DNA from: an uncultured Roseovarius sp. | GTDB lineage: Bacteria; Pseudomonadota; Alphaproteobacteria; Rhodobacterales; Rhodobacteraceae | Length of the DNA: 64,000 nucleotides | Assembly (NCBI GenBank): GCA_963422235.2 | Contig: CAXMWV010000001.1 | Coordinates: 174,228 to 238,227 of the forward strand | Direction of reading: 5' to 3' | In this document: one piece after another, positions 29,748 through 40,045 of the stretch | Layout: each line of letters starts with the position of its first letter | Numbering within the stretch: position 1 is the first letter of the stretch | Notes under the pieces: model-generated | What the model saw: only the letters and a program-made list of their open reading frames with translations | The model's database searches: none | What the model was told of the DNA's origin: nothing | Translations under genes and position numbers: made by a program

Positions 29748-32066
29748 TCAGAATTCCGTGCGAACAGAGAAGTCAAACTCGCGCTCGATGTCTCCGGGTT
29801 CTTTCTGGATAGCGCGCGAGAAGTCCATGCGGATTGGACCAAACGGCGATTCCCAGAACAGCGACAGACCGAGAACATGACGCGGCTTGAAGCCAACAGA
29901 CTGCGCAGCGCCGATTGTATCCACATTCCACAAAGACCCGATGTCATAGAACGCACCGCCGGTGATCCCAAACTCGCTTGGCAGACCGAGTGGGAATTCC
30001 GCCTCAAATTTTGCCGCGGCAAACAGGTTACCCCCCAGGAACTCGCCGTTTTGGATTGGACCCATGCTGTTGGCATCAAACCCACGGATCACTTTCTGGG
30101 TGAAACGATCAACGGCCCGGCTGCCCTGAGAACCGCTAAAGTCGATGGCACCGTATTCCAAGATACCGCGAAGTGTCACTTCTTCGCTCAGAACCCTGCG
30201 TTCACCAACTATCCGGCCCGTACCTTTGACATATGTCTGGTTACCGCCAAGGCCCGCAAATTCAAGCTCAGTTTCCATAAGGACCCCAGCATTCGGGTTC
30301 AAGCCGGTTCTGCGGCTGTCATAGCGCAGGCTGAAACCGATTGCGCTGGCCACTTCACTGCCCCGAGCAACTTCCGCAGCGATCGTCGGTGACGTGCCAG
30401 CGTAATTTTTCATCTCTGCGTAGCGAGCATTGTAGTACACGCCCAATCGCGTCCGCTCGCCAATTGGGAAGTTCAACCCGGGACGGAAAACCGCCTGCGT
30501 GGTATCAAACAGGCTGTTGTCGCTCGAGGTTTCAAGAAGTGACGTTCGGAAAGAGAAAGCTACGTTGCGGCCGAGGAACGCCGGTTCAAAGAACGCCAAC
30601 GAGTAGTTCGCTGTATCCGCGGAGGCAGAAATCTGAGCAGACACCTGTTGACCGCGTCCCAAGAAGTTCCGCTCTGTCAGGCCAAGCGTCAGACCGAAAC
30701 CTGAGTCAGACGAGAAACTACCGCCAAAGGTCAGGGAGCCTGTTGTCGTCTCTTCCACCTCAACGTCGACGATCACCTGATCAGGCCGCGATCCTTCGCG
30801 GGCATCGACGTCTGCCTCAGCAAAAAATCCCAAGGCGCGAATGCGGTCCGCTGTTTCGCGGATCTGGCGCGGGTTAAACGGGTCGCCTTCCACGACTGGG
30901 AACTGGCGACGGATGACCCGGTCGAGAGTTGTTGTATTGCCCTGAATGTCGATACGTTCAATGAACACACGCGGGCCGCGTGTCAGAACAAATTCCACAT
31001 CCAACGTCACGTCTCGGTCATTTCGCGTGATGCGCGGCTCGACCCGAAGGAAATCCACGCCCTGAGAAATCCCGAGGCGTTCCATTCTGGCAATGGCGTC
31101 TTCCACCAGTGTGGGAGAGTAAACCACGCCTGGCTTGATGCGCAGAATATCCTGATACTCCTCCGCGACAACATCGCCGCGTTCAGCCGTTGTTGTGATT
31201 TGACCAAATCGGAACTGTTGGCCTTCCTGGATATTGAAGGTCACGAAATAAGCGTCGCGCTCTCTTGCCAGCTCAGCGTTTGTACCCGTGACGCGGAAAT
31301 CCACGTAGCCACGCGAAAAGTAAAAGTCTGTCAGAACTTGCTGGTCAAACGCCAGACGATCTTCAACGAACGTGTCACGGTTGATGATCGCCCGTAGAAG
31401 TCCGGCCTGTTTACTCTGGATGACACGACGCAAGCGCCGGTCAGAGTATTCCTGGTTGCCGACAAAGCTGACACGCTGGATCTCAATACCGCGGCCTTCG
31501 AAAATTTCAAACACCAGATCAACCCGGTTGTCAGCGCGTCGAATGATTTTTGGCGTCACACGCGCCGAAACGCGCCCATTTTGAATGTAGGCGCGGGAAA
31601 TTTCAGTTGCATCTCGTTCCGCTTGACTGGGACTGAACACTTGCCTCTCTCGGCTTTGCACGATGCCAGCGAGATCTTCATCCTTGATCTTGCGATTGCC
31701 CTCGAATGCAATGCGGCTGATTGTCGGAAATTCTTCCACACGGATCAGCAAGCGGTTGCCCTGCGGAATAACCTCTACCGTCTCGAACAAACCGCTTTCA
31801 AGAATGCGCTGATATGCATCGTTCAGCTGTCCTGCGGACACCGTTTCACCCCGGGCGATCCCGGCATATGTGATGATGGTGTCAGAGGCGACCCGCTGGT
31901 TGCCTTCAATCGCGAGAGAATTGAACCGATACGTTTGCGCGTCGGCGCTGTTCGGAATCACAATGGTCGCCAGCAGCAACAAGAGCGCAGCTAGCCCCTG
32001 CTTAAGCGCTGCTATGTGGGAGACCCGTCCTTGGCGCACTGCTCGCCAGACGTTATTATTGAACAT
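29748..32066 (-). CDS. bamA: Outer membrane protein assembly factor BamA
   Basis: 772 aa. Signal peptide, POTRA repeats, a C-terminal beta-barrel and a terminal Phe (FSVRTEF). Confidence 0.92.
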   Translation of the reverse strand: MFNNNVWRAVRQGRVSHIAALKQGLAALLLLLATIVIPNSADAQTYRFNSLAIEGNQRVASDTIITYAGIARGETVSAGQLNDAYQRILESGLFETVEVIPQGNRLLIRVEEFPTISRIAFEGNRKIKDEDLAGIVQSRERQVFSPSQAERDATEISRAYIQNGRVSARVTPKIIRRADNRVDLVFEIFEGRGIEIQRVSFVGNQEYSDRRLRRVIQSKQAGLLRAIINRDTFVEDRLAFDQQVLTDFYFSRGYVDFRVTGTNAELARERDAYFVTFNIQEGQQFRFGQITTTAERGDVVAEEYQDILRIKPGVVYSPTLVEDAIARMERLGISQGVDFLRVEPRITRNDRDVTLDVEFVLTRGPRVFIERIDIQGNTTTLDRVIRRQFPVVEGDPFNPRQIRETADRIRALGFFAEADVDAREGSRPDQVIVDVEVEETTTGSLTFGGSFSSDSGFGLTLGLTERNFLGRGQQVSAQISASADTANYSLAFFEPAFLGRNVAFSFRTSLLETSSDNSLFDTTQAVFRPGLNFPIGERTRLGVYYNARYAEMKNYAGTSPTIAAEVARGSEVASAIGFSLRYDSRRTGLNPNAGVLMETELEFAGLGGNQTYVKGTGRIVGERRVLSEEVTLRGILEYGAIDFSGSQGSRAVDRFTQKVIRGFDANSMGPIQNGEFLGGNLFAAAKFEAEFPLGLPSEFGITGGAFYDIGSLWNVDTIGAAQSVGFKPRHVLGLSLFWESPFGPIRMDFSRAIQKEPGDIEREFDFSVRTEF

Positions 32067-32200
32067 TTTTTAAACCCAGTCAGACATCCCAGTATGACAA
32101 TTCCCTAACCCGTTAGGATGGGCTTGTCAAAGTTCTGATGGGTATATTCAGGGGTTCTGGGGCAGTTCAAACCGGCAGGCTTGGCAGCACGGTAACAGAT

Positions 32201-32326
32201 TCAGAATGACCCGATAAAAGCGCCAAGCAGCAAAGCAAGGACGATCGTACCGAGATAGATGATTCTATCCCAGTTCACATCGACCAGAACACTCAGTCCG
32301 CGGTAACCAGCTACTATCTGTTGCAT
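32201..32326 (-). CDS. Candidate 41-aa membrane mini-protein (not in the ORF track; hypothetical)
   Basis: Hand translation gives MQQIVAGYRGLSVLVDVNWDRIIYLGTIVLALLLGAFIGSF, with one C-terminal TM helix. Same strand as rseP and bamA. The SD-like AAGGA is only 1 nt from the ATG, which is weak. Confidence 0.25.
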   Translation of the reverse strand: MQQIVAGYRGLSVLVDVNWDRIIYLGTIVLALLLGAFIGSF

Positions 32327-32446
32327 ATCCTTAGCCCCAATACGTTTAGCTGACCGGTTTACACCTGAAAAATGGGGCACAAATCCGGAAGGGAATGTGG
32401 CGAAACTGTGGCACAGGCCAGAAAAATCCGCATTTGATCGGTCTAC

Positions 32447-33796
32447 TTACGGACAGAAGATGTCGTTGAAGAGAGCAAAGGCCATGACACCCAAAACCAG
32501 CGTCAAACCAATGGTCATCAGAATGCGCAGTGCCTGATCGCTTGGCTTGCGCCCGGTCACCGCCTCATACGCGTAAAACACGAGGTGCCCCCCATCCAGT
32601 ACTGGGATCGGGAAGAGGTTGAGCAAGCCCACTGCCATCGACAAAACAGCAATAAACCAGATGAAGTTATCGATGCCCTGGCTTGCCATTGCGCCAGAGA
32701 CCTCGGCAATACCGATGGGCCCGGACATGTTGCAGCTGCTGATTGCGCCGGTGATCATGTGATAGAGCCCGGAAAGCGACCCTGAAATCACGCGCCAGAC
32801 CTGCGCGCTGCCATCCACCACGGCCTCGACCGGACCAAGCGCCTCTGTTGCCGGTTCAAAGGCCAGACCGCCGGAAATGCCAATGCGCCACTGCGTTTTG
32901 AAACCACCCTCGGGTTGTGGTTCATCCACACGGCGCGGAGCGAGGGCAAAGGTCAACATCTCCCCTGCCCGCCAGACATCCAACTCCAGCACTCGTCCGT
33001 TCGACGTCTCGACCACTTCTTTGAGCTCATCAAAAGAAACGATCGGGTTGCCATCCACGGCCATGATCACATCGCCCTGGCGCATGTCGATATCAATCGC
33101 AGGTGATTGCGGGGCCAACTGCACGATGTAAGGCGGCATCGGATATGGGCCTTGCGCGATAATCACGCTATCACCGCGTTGCACCTCGTAATCCAGCAAA
33201 GCGTCATAGGGCAGGCTGGAAATGAAATTTTCAAATGCGTCGGGATCATCTGAGTCGCGGGAAGGAACCTCTTTGCCGTCAACTCGGATCAACTGATCTC
33301 CGGGCTCCAACGTAACGCCTTCGTAAGGCAGGTCTTTCAACTCGCCGACCGCCAGCGGCTCTATCGCCTTGCCTTGGGTCATCATGACCGCGGCAAAGAC
33401 AGCAATCGACAGAACGAAATTGAAGACTGGGCCTGCCGCGACAGTCGCCGTACGCGCCCAAAGCGGGGCACCCAGCATGGTCTGGCGTTTCACATGCGCA
33501 GGTATCTCGTCATACCCTTCCGCCGCAGTTCCACTGGCGGCGGTCGCGTCCCCCATGAATTTGACATACCCCCCGAACGGCAAGGCCGCCAATTGCCACT
33601 GCGTGCCATGTTTATCAACGCGGGAGAATAGCACCGGTCCGAAGCCAAGCGAGAAAACCTCCGCCTTGATCCCACACCAACGGCCCACAATGTAGTGCCC
33701 GTATTCGTGGATCGCGACGATCACCGACAGGGCCACCACAAAAGCAACCAGCGTGAGGAACAATCCTCCGAACTGTGGGATAAATCCGATGTCCAT
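32447..33796 (-). CDS. rseP: RIP zinc metalloprotease RseP
   Basis: HEYGHY (HExxH) in the first TM region, PDZ domains and a C-terminal LDGG motif. Confidence 0.9.
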   Translation of the reverse strand: MDIGFIPQFGGLFLTLVAFVVALSVIVAIHEYGHYIVGRWCGIKAEVFSLGFGPVLFSRVDKHGTQWQLAALPFGGYVKFMGDATAASGTAAEGYDEIPAHVKRQTMLGAPLWARTATVAAGPVFNFVLSIAVFAAVMMTQGKAIEPLAVGELKDLPYEGVTLEPGDQLIRVDGKEVPSRDSDDPDAFENFISSLPYDALLDYEVQRGDSVIIAQGPYPMPPYIVQLAPQSPAIDIDMRQGDVIMAVDGNPIVSFDELKEVVETSNGRVLELDVWRAGEMLTFALAPRRVDEPQPEGGFKTQWRIGISGGLAFEPATEALGPVEAVVDGSAQVWRVISGSLSGLYHMITGAISSCNMSGPIGIAEVSGAMASQGIDNFIWFIAVLSMAVGLLNLFPIPVLDGGHLVFYAYEAVTGRKPSDQALRILMTIGLTLVLGVMAFALFNDIFCP

Positions 33797-33911
33797 GCGT
33801 TTGCTCCTGCCCGTTACCCTGTTTGTCGCGCGTTTTTGGCGCGTTTCATAGCCAAGTGGTCCACAACCGACTTTCTTTCAAGCCCGTCGTCCCAGGAACA
33901 GCATCGCTGCA

Positions 33912-34694
33912 TCATCCCTGCCCTGCCCCGGTGATCAAAGCCAGCCAAATGATCAGTGCGACCAACGATCCCCCCATGACCCCATCAAAACGATCGAGCA
34001 CGCCCCCGTGACCGGGGATCAGGCTTGAACTGTCCTTGACCCCAGCCCGCCGCTTCACCGCGCTTTCAGCAATGTCGCCCATCTGCGACGCAAGGCTCAC
34101 GGCAATCGACGCCGGAACAAGCAAGGCGGACGCTCCAACATAAGGCATCAGACCCCAACCCACGACCGCCGCAGCCGCCCAACCCGCCGTCGTGCCGGAC
34201 CACGTTTTCTTCGGGCTGATGGATGGCCAGAACTTCGGTCCACCGATAAGGCGACCGGCAAAATACCCGGCAATGTCCGTCGCGGCGACCACGCAAATGC
34301 ACCACAAAAACCATTCAAACCCAGCCAGATCACGCAATATGATTACGGCCATACATGCGATCAGAACCCAGGCATAACAGCCGAAAAACAATGCTTTATC
34401 CTTGCCTGCTCGTCCAGCGGTGACGAGGGCTGCGGCAATGATGAACGGAAAGATCAGGAACGGTGGTACCAGCGTACAGACCAGCAAGCTTGACCCCGCA
34501 AGCAGCCCGTCGGCCCGAGGGCGAGGCGCATCAAACATGCGCGCGGCTTCCCAGATCATGATCCCGCACACGGCACAAACGGTCAGTTTGAAGAGCCACC
34601 CACCGTACCAGATTTCCACCGCCCCCGCCCCGATCAGCACCAAAGCCGATAGAACGCGAGGCAGAAGATCCTGCCACTTCGCGGATTCGATCAT
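33912..34694 (-). CDS. cdsA: Phosphatidate cytidylyltransferase
   Basis: Polytopic. C-terminal signature SAVKRRAGVKDSSSLIPGHGGVLDRFD. Confidence 0.9.
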   Translation of the reverse strand: MIESAKWQDLLPRVLSALVLIGAGAVEIWYGGWLFKLTVCAVCGIMIWEAARMFDAPRPRADGLLAGSSLLVCTLVPPFLIFPFIIAAALVTAGRAGKDKALFFGCYAWVLIACMAVIILRDLAGFEWFLWCICVVAATDIAGYFAGRLIGGPKFWPSISPKKTWSGTTAGWAAAAVVGWGLMPYVGASALLVPASIAVSLASQMGDIAESAVKRRAGVKDSSSLIPGHGGVLDRFDGVMGGSLVALIIWLALITGAGQG

Positions 34695-35431
34695 GCGGTC
34701 ACTGCGCCATAACGGCGATCTCTTGCGCCGTAGCTTTGCAGCAGTTCGGTAAACACCTCGGCGGTAAAATCCGGCCAGAGGGTGTCGATGAATTCGTATT
34801 CCGCGTAGGCCGACTGCCAGAGCAAAAAGTTGGAAATTCGTGCCTCACCACTGGTGCGGATTACCAAATCGGGATCAGGCAAAACATAAGTATCCAAATA
34901 CTTTGGCAGTGTTTCTTCATCTATGTCATCCGGGGACAACTGGCCCGAAGCCACATCAGCCGCCAGCCGTTTTGCGGCCCGCGACACCTCATCGCGACCG
35001 CCATAGTTCAGCGCAATCGTCAGGTTGGTGCCTGTGCACTGCTTGGTCATTTCCTCGGCCTCATCCATCAGACCGCGCAGTTTGGCATCCAAACGGGGCC
35101 TGTCGCCAATAAACCGCACCCGCACGTTTTCTTTCACAAAAGCCTGCATCTCTTTCATGATGTAGCGCCGAAAGAGGCTCATCAGCCCGGCCACTTCGCT
35201 TTGTGTGCGTTTCCAGTTTTCGGTCGAGAACGCAAAGATCGTCACGTATTTCACGCCCAAATCCGGGCAAGTCGTCACGATCTCCCTAACGCGGCGCGCG
35301 CCGGCATGGTGCCCAAAAAGCCGCGGTCGACCGCGAGCTTGCGCCCAACGTCCGTTGCCATCCATGATGATCGCAACATGGCGCGGCCCGTCGTGGCCGC
35401 CCTGGGCTTTGGGTTGGCGTGCGCTATCCAT
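34691..35431 (-). CDS. uppS: Isoprenyl transferase (undecaprenyl diphosphate synthase)
   Basis: HVAIIMDGNGRWA and RTSGEARISNFLLWQ motifs. Confidence 0.92.
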   Translation of the reverse strand: MDSARQPKAQGGHDGPRHVAIIMDGNGRWAQARGRPRLFGHHAGARRVREIVTTCPDLGVKYVTIFAFSTENWKRTQSEVAGLMSLFRRYIMKEMQAFVKENVRVRFIGDRPRLDAKLRGLMDEAEEMTKQCTGTNLTIALNYGGRDEVSRAAKRLAADVASGQLSPDDIDEETLPKYLDTYVLPDPDLVIRTSGEARISNFLLWQSAYAEYEFIDTLWPDFTAEVFTELLQSYGARDRRYGAVTA

Positions 35432-35434
35432 GAT

Positions 35435-35998
35435 CTACACCTGCATAATTTCCGACTGCTTTGCCTCAAGCGCCTCGTCAATGGACGCCACGTATTTATC
35501 GGTCATTTCCTGAACTTCGGTTTCCCAGAATTTCTGGTCGTCCTCGGACATGCCGTCTGCCTTAGCCTTCTTGATCTGATCCATACCATCCCGCCGAACA
35601 TTGCGCACAGCGACACGCGCGTTCTCAGCATATTGAGACGCCACCTTCGTCAACTCGCGGCGACGCTCTTCGTTCAACTCCGGAATGGGCAGCATGATGA
35701 TCGTGCCATTCAGCTGCGGATTGATGCCAAGTCCGCTCTCTCGAATGGCTTTTTCCACCTTACCAACCAATGACTTATCCCACACATTTACAGTCACCAT
35801 GCGCGGCTCGGGTACATTCACCGTACCCACCTGGTTGATCGGCGTCATCGCCCCGTATGCATCCACCATCACCGGGTCAAGCATTGAGCCTGACGCCCGC
35901 CCGGTTCTGAGAGAGGAAAACTCTGTCCGCAAAGAGGCCATCGCCCCATCCATCCGGCGCTCCAGATCATCGGTGTCGAGCATGAAATCTTCTGACAT
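35435..35998 (-). CDS. frr: Ribosome recycling factor
   Basis: 187 aa. Typical Frr sequence and position in the pyrH-frr-uppS-cdsA order. Confidence 0.92.
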   Translation of the reverse strand: MSEDFMLDTDDLERRMDGAMASLRTEFSSLRTGRASGSMLDPVMVDAYGAMTPINQVGTVNVPEPRMVTVNVWDKSLVGKVEKAIRESGLGINPQLNGTIIMLPIPELNEERRRELTKVASQYAENARVAVRNVRRDGMDQIKKAKADGMSEDDQKFWETEVQEMTDKYVASIDEALEAKQSEIMQV

Positions 35999-36044
35999 GG
36001 AAGTTTACCTTCTCTTGGGTGTTTCGTGTCCTGCGTATTTAGCC

Positions 36045-36788
36045 TCAGCCGTGCACGGTTGTATAGGTGCCCTCTCCGGCCAGGATCGACCGGAAGCCGC
36101 CCGGTTCATCAAGCGAAAACACGATGATCGGCAGGTTGTTGTCGCGGGCCAAGGCAATCGCACTGGCGTCCATGACCTTCAGATGTTTGCTCAGCACGTC
36201 ATCATACGTGATGTGGTCAAACCGCACGGCGTCATCATGCTTGACCGGGTCCTTGTCATAGACACCATCCACCTTCGTCCCCTTGAATATCGCCTCACAG
36301 GCCATTTCCGAGGCACGCAGCGTGGCCGCCGTGTCAGTCGTGAAATACGGGTTCCCGGTTCCAGCGGCAAAAATACAGACCCGGTCTTTTTCCAAGTGTC
36401 GCACGGCACGGCGGCGAATATAAGGTTCCGCCACCTCGTCCATCCGAATGGCCGTGATGACCCGGCAGAAGACGCCGATCTTCTCAAGCGCACTTTGCAT
36501 CGCAAGCGCGTTCATAACCGTGGCCAGCATCCCCATGTAATCGGCTGTGGTCCGCTCCATCCCCTGGGCAGAGCCCTGCAGGCCGCGAAAGACGTTGCCG
36601 CCTCCGATTACCATGCACACCTCGACCCCAAGGTCGTGTACGGTCTTCACTTCATTGGCGATCCGCTCAACCGTCGGCGGGTGCAACCCGAACCCTTGGT
36701 CCCCCATCAATGCTTCGCCGGATATCTTGAGCATCACTCGGCGAAATTTCGTCTGCGTTGAAGGGTCCTGTGGGTCGTCGTCCTGCAT
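36045..36788 (-). CDS. pyrH: UMP kinase
   Basis: [13 protein letters not shown] and the GGGNVFRG glycine loop. Confidence 0.92.
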   Translation of the reverse strand: MQDDDPQDPSTQTKFRRVMLKISGEALMGDQGFGLHPPTVERIANEVKTVHDLGVEVCMVIGGGNVFRGLQGSAQGMERTTADYMGMLATVMNALAMQSALEKIGVFCRVITAIRMDEVAEPYIRRRAVRHLEKDRVCIFAAGTGNPYFTTDTAATLRASEMACEAIFKGTKVDGVYDKDPVKHDDAVRFDHITYDDVLSKHLKVMDASAIALARDNNLPIIVFSLDEPGGFRSILAGEGTYTTVHG

Positions 36789-36901
36789 CCGCTCGCCTTT
36801 TCGTTGGCCATTCTGGCAATCCCGCGCAAAATGTCGGAAAACCGGCTCGGGTTCAATGACCTAAAACGCTGGAATGTGCAGAATACGGGGCGTCCGGAGC
36901 A

Positions 36902-37792
36902 ATGCAGACAAAAGACGTGATCGACATCTGCGCCAAAGCGCCGGACAAACCGGTTTTGATTGCGGGTCCCACTGCCTCCGGGAAGTCATCCCTGGCCATG
37001 GCCATCGCGGCATCGGGTGGCCGCGCTGTGATCAACGCCGACGCGATCCAAGTCTTTGAGAACTGGCGCGTTTTGACCGCCAGGCCTTCTGTCGAAGATG
37101 AAGCATCCGTTCCGCATCGCCTTTACGGTCACATCGCCGGGGATCAGGACTACTCGGTCGGCACGTGGCTGCGAGAGGTTGAGCCGTTTCTGAAAGCGGC
37201 TCCCGTGATTGTCGGAGGCACGGGTCTCTACTTCACAGCGCTGACCGAAGGGTTGGCTGATATACCGGCCACACCACCTGAAATCCGGGCAGACGCGATG
37301 GCGCGGCTAGATGCCGGCGGACTGGACGACATGATCAGAGAGCTCGACCCCACGACCCGTGGCCGTATCGACACCGCCAACCCAATGCGCGTGCAAAGGG
37401 CGTGGGAGGCTTTTCAAGCCACAAGTCGCGGCTTGGCCGAATGGCAAGACAACACCGCACCGCCCCTTTTGCCTTTAGGCGAGACAACCGCTTTCGTGAT
37501 GGATGCACCGAAAGACTGGCTCACACCGCGGATCGAAGCACGCTTTGCTCAAATGCTCCGGGAAGGTGCCCTACAAGAAGCCCGCGCAAACCTTCCCACA
37601 TGGTCGCCGGATCATCCCTCCAGCAAAGCCATCGGCGCCGCAGAACTGGTCGATGTGGTCTCAGGGACGCTTTCGTTGGAGGAAGCCGAATCCCGCGCCA
37701 CAATCGCCACGCGCCAGTTCGCCAAACGCCAACGCACGTGGTTTCGTGCGCGAATGAGTGCCTGGATCACGATTTCTGCCCCCGATCTGTAG
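36902..37792 (+). CDS. miaA: tRNA dimethylallyltransferase
   Basis: P-loop IAGPTASGKSSLA. 296 aa. Confidence 0.88.
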   Translation: MQTKDVIDICAKAPDKPVLIAGPTASGKSSLAMAIAASGGRAVINADAIQVFENWRVLTARPSVEDEASVPHRLYGHIAGDQDYSVGTWLREVEPFLKAAPVIVGGTGLYFTALTEGLADIPATPPEIRADAMARLDAGGLDDMIRELDPTTRGRIDTANPMRVQRAWEAFQATSRGLAEWQDNTAPPLLPLGETTAFVMDAPKDWLTPRIEARFAQMLREGALQEARANLPTWSPDHPSSKAIGAAELVDVVSGTLSLEEAESRATIATRQFAKRQRTWFRARMSAWITISAPDL

Positions 37793-37872
37793 AAAATCGT
37801 ACATTTCCCCCTTTTCAATCGCGGCAAATCAGGGAAACCTGTCGAAATCGCAACTTGTCGGAAGGTGGGACC

Positions 37873-38676
37873 ATGGCAAATTACGCGCAAGTCATGAGCA
37901 TTCAGCAATGGCTGGGGGGCGATGGATGGCGCTCTGAACTGCCCCATAGCCGTGATGAGCATGCCCTTGTCTGGGTCACTCGTGGCCAGGGCCGTGCCGT
38001 GATCGATGGCGTCCTTCGCGGCATCACTGTGCACACAGCCCTGTGCATTCCGGCGGGCAGCTTCATCAGTCTTGATCTGGGCAAGCAAAGCTTTGGTACG
38101 GTCTGCACTGTTCCCCCCCGCAGCCTTGTCTTGATGCCCGATCAGCCTACGATCCTGCGCATCCGCGACGCTCAGGCTCAGACTGAACTCTCTGCTCTGC
38201 TGGACACCATGCAGCGGGAGCAGGCGCAAGACCGTCCCTTTATGGATGAGGCGATGAATGCGCACGCCACCATGCTCACCGTCTGGCTGCGCCGCGCAAT
38301 CATTGATCAACGCGATGACCGGATGGATCTGTCGGCCGCGCAAAGATTAGCAATGGCCTATACAGCATTGATTGAACGCGATTTTACATCAGGAAAACCA
38401 ATGGCCGACTATGCCAAGGCCCTCGGCGTCACGCCCACGCACCTGACGCGCGCCTGCCGCACCTCCTCAGGCATGACGGCGTCCGAACTCCTGACGCAAC
38501 GCACAGTCTACGCCATGCGCGACCTGATTGAGACGACGGATCACCCGGCCAATCGCATCGCCGCTATGCTGGGCTTCAAAAGTGCGGCCTACTTCTCGCG
38601 TTTCGTGCTCCAACATACGGGCCAGACCCCGACCGCCTTGCGTAAATCTGCCATGGCGATGGAAGACGCCAGCTAG
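37873..38676 (+). CDS. AraC family transcriptional regulator
   Basis: C-terminal double HTH (YAKALGVTPTHLTRACR ... GFKSAAYFSRFVLQHTGQTP). ATG at 37873 with GAAGGTGGG upstream. The 5'-extended ORF from 37402 overlaps miaA and was rejected. Confidence 0.85.
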   Translation: MANYAQVMSIQQWLGGDGWRSELPHSRDEHALVWVTRGQGRAVIDGVLRGITVHTALCIPAGSFISLDLGKQSFGTVCTVPPRSLVLMPDQPTILRIRDAQAQTELSALLDTMQREQAQDRPFMDEAMNAHATMLTVWLRRAIIDQRDDRMDLSAAQRLAMAYTALIERDFTSGKPMADYAKALGVTPTHLTRACRTSSGMTASELLTQRTVYAMRDLIETTDHPANRIAAMLGFKSAAYFSRFVLQHTGQTPTALRKSAMAMEDAS

Positions 38677-38777
38677 CCAACCCCGGCTTCTTTCTTGCCA
38701 AAAATACGTCGGGAGAGTTGCCCTTGGGCAACGGGGGCAGCGCCCCCAACTCGTACCTGTGGGCACCGCCAAAAAAA

Positions 38778-39383
38778 TCAGCTGCCCCAGATGACCTTCA
38801 CGTAATTCTGGGTCTCGTCAAACGGCGGCACATCCCCGTACTTTTCCACCGCTTTGGGTCCGGCATTATACGCCGCAAACGCCAGACGCCAGGATCGGAA
38901 GGTGCGATACTGCTGCGCCAAGTACCGCGCCCCGCCTTCAAGGTTTTGGTAAGGATCATGGGGGTCGACGCCCAAGAGGTCAGCCGTGCCCGGCATGAGC
39001 TGCGCCAGACCGATTGCGCCTTTGTGCGATAGGGCATTCGGGTTCCAGCCGCTTTCCTGCTGCACCAGACGCAAGAACAGGTCTTGTGGGATGCCATGCC
39101 GCTGCGCCGCTGATTTCGCCATGTCCAGATAGACGCCCTTGTACCGCCCGTCATAAGGTAGCGCGCTGCCCCATTTGGTGGGCGTGATGAATGACGGCGT
39201 GTCCAGCGAAACCGATGTGCCCGTACGTGCACGATCATCCAAAACGCTGGTTTGTGACCTAAAGATTTTCTTCTTGTTGTTCGAGCCGAACAAATCCGCC
39301 TGCGCCGACATTGGCACAGTCAGGCTGACAGCAATTATCGCTACAACTCCGGTCAGGCGCATCATGCCCGTCCTCACCCCCAA
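38778..39383 (-). CDS. Lytic transglycosylase (SLT domain) with signal peptide
   Basis: [25 protein letters not shown] ... AYNAGP motifs. N-terminal signal ending SAQA. Confidence 0.85.
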   Translation of the reverse strand: MGVRTGMMRLTGVVAIIAVSLTVPMSAQADLFGSNNKKKIFRSQTSVLDDRARTGTSVSLDTPSFITPTKWGSALPYDGRYKGVYLDMAKSAAQRHGIPQDLFLRLVQQESGWNPNALSHKGAIGLAQLMPGTADLLGVDPHDPYQNLEGGARYLAQQYRTFRSWRLAFAAYNAGPKAVEKYGDVPPFDETQNYVKVIWGS

Positions 39384-39571
39384 GGTCTCTTGGCTCGCAA
39401 TATACGCGATTTGCCGGACATTTCCAGCGTCACGCGAAGCGGGTTACAAAGATCGGCACAAACTGACCGAAAACCGGTTGCGATCAGCAAAGCACAGCGC
39501 CATTAATCCCTTCTTCACCAGTTTACGATGGTGTAACCACGTTCAAACGAGAGATTCTGAGGGAGACACTC

Positions 39572-40039
39572 ATGGCCGGATCCGTAAACAAAGTCATTCT
39601 GATCGGTCGCCTTGGCGCCGACCCCGAAGTCAGGACATTTCAAAACGGCGGCAAGGTTGTCAACTTGCGCGTGGCCACATCCGAGACTTGGAAAGACAGA
39701 AACACCGGCGAACGCCAGGAGCGTACGCAATGGCACTCTGTCGCGATCTTCAACGAACCTGTTGGCCGCATCGCAGAGCAGTATCTGCGCAAAGGCTCGC
39801 AAGTCTACTTGGAAGGCCAGCTCGAAACGCGAAAGTGGCAGGACCAATCGGGCAACGACCGCTACAGTACCGAGGTTGTTCTGCGTCCCTACACCGGCAA
39901 CATGACCCTGCTCGACAGCCGTGGCAGCGGTGGCGGGCAAAGCGACAGTTATGGCAGCGTGGGCTACGACAGCGGCCCCTCGCAAGGCAGTGCGGCCCCT
40001 GCCCCGTCTCGTGACTACGACGACGAAATCCCGTTCTGA
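39572..40039 (+). CDS. ssb: Single-stranded DNA-binding protein
   Basis: The OB-fold N-terminus starts [19 protein letters not shown]. Gly-rich linker. Acidic tip DDEIPF. Confidence 0.93.
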   Translation: MAGSVNKVILIGRLGADPEVRTFQNGGKVVNLRVATSETWKDRNTGERQERTQWHSVAIFNEPVGRIAEQYLRKGSQVYLEGQLETRKWQDQSGNDRYSTEVVLRPYTGNMTLLDSRGSGGGQSDSYGSVGYDSGPSQGSAAPAPSRDYDDEIPF

Positions 40040-40045
40040 GATAGG

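Noticed and set aside
34736-36761. Long plus-strand ORFs (34736-35773 and 35685-36761) opposite uppS, frr and pyrH
   Set aside because: Same reasoning. They are antisense shadows of conserved housekeeping genes and have non-protein-like composition.
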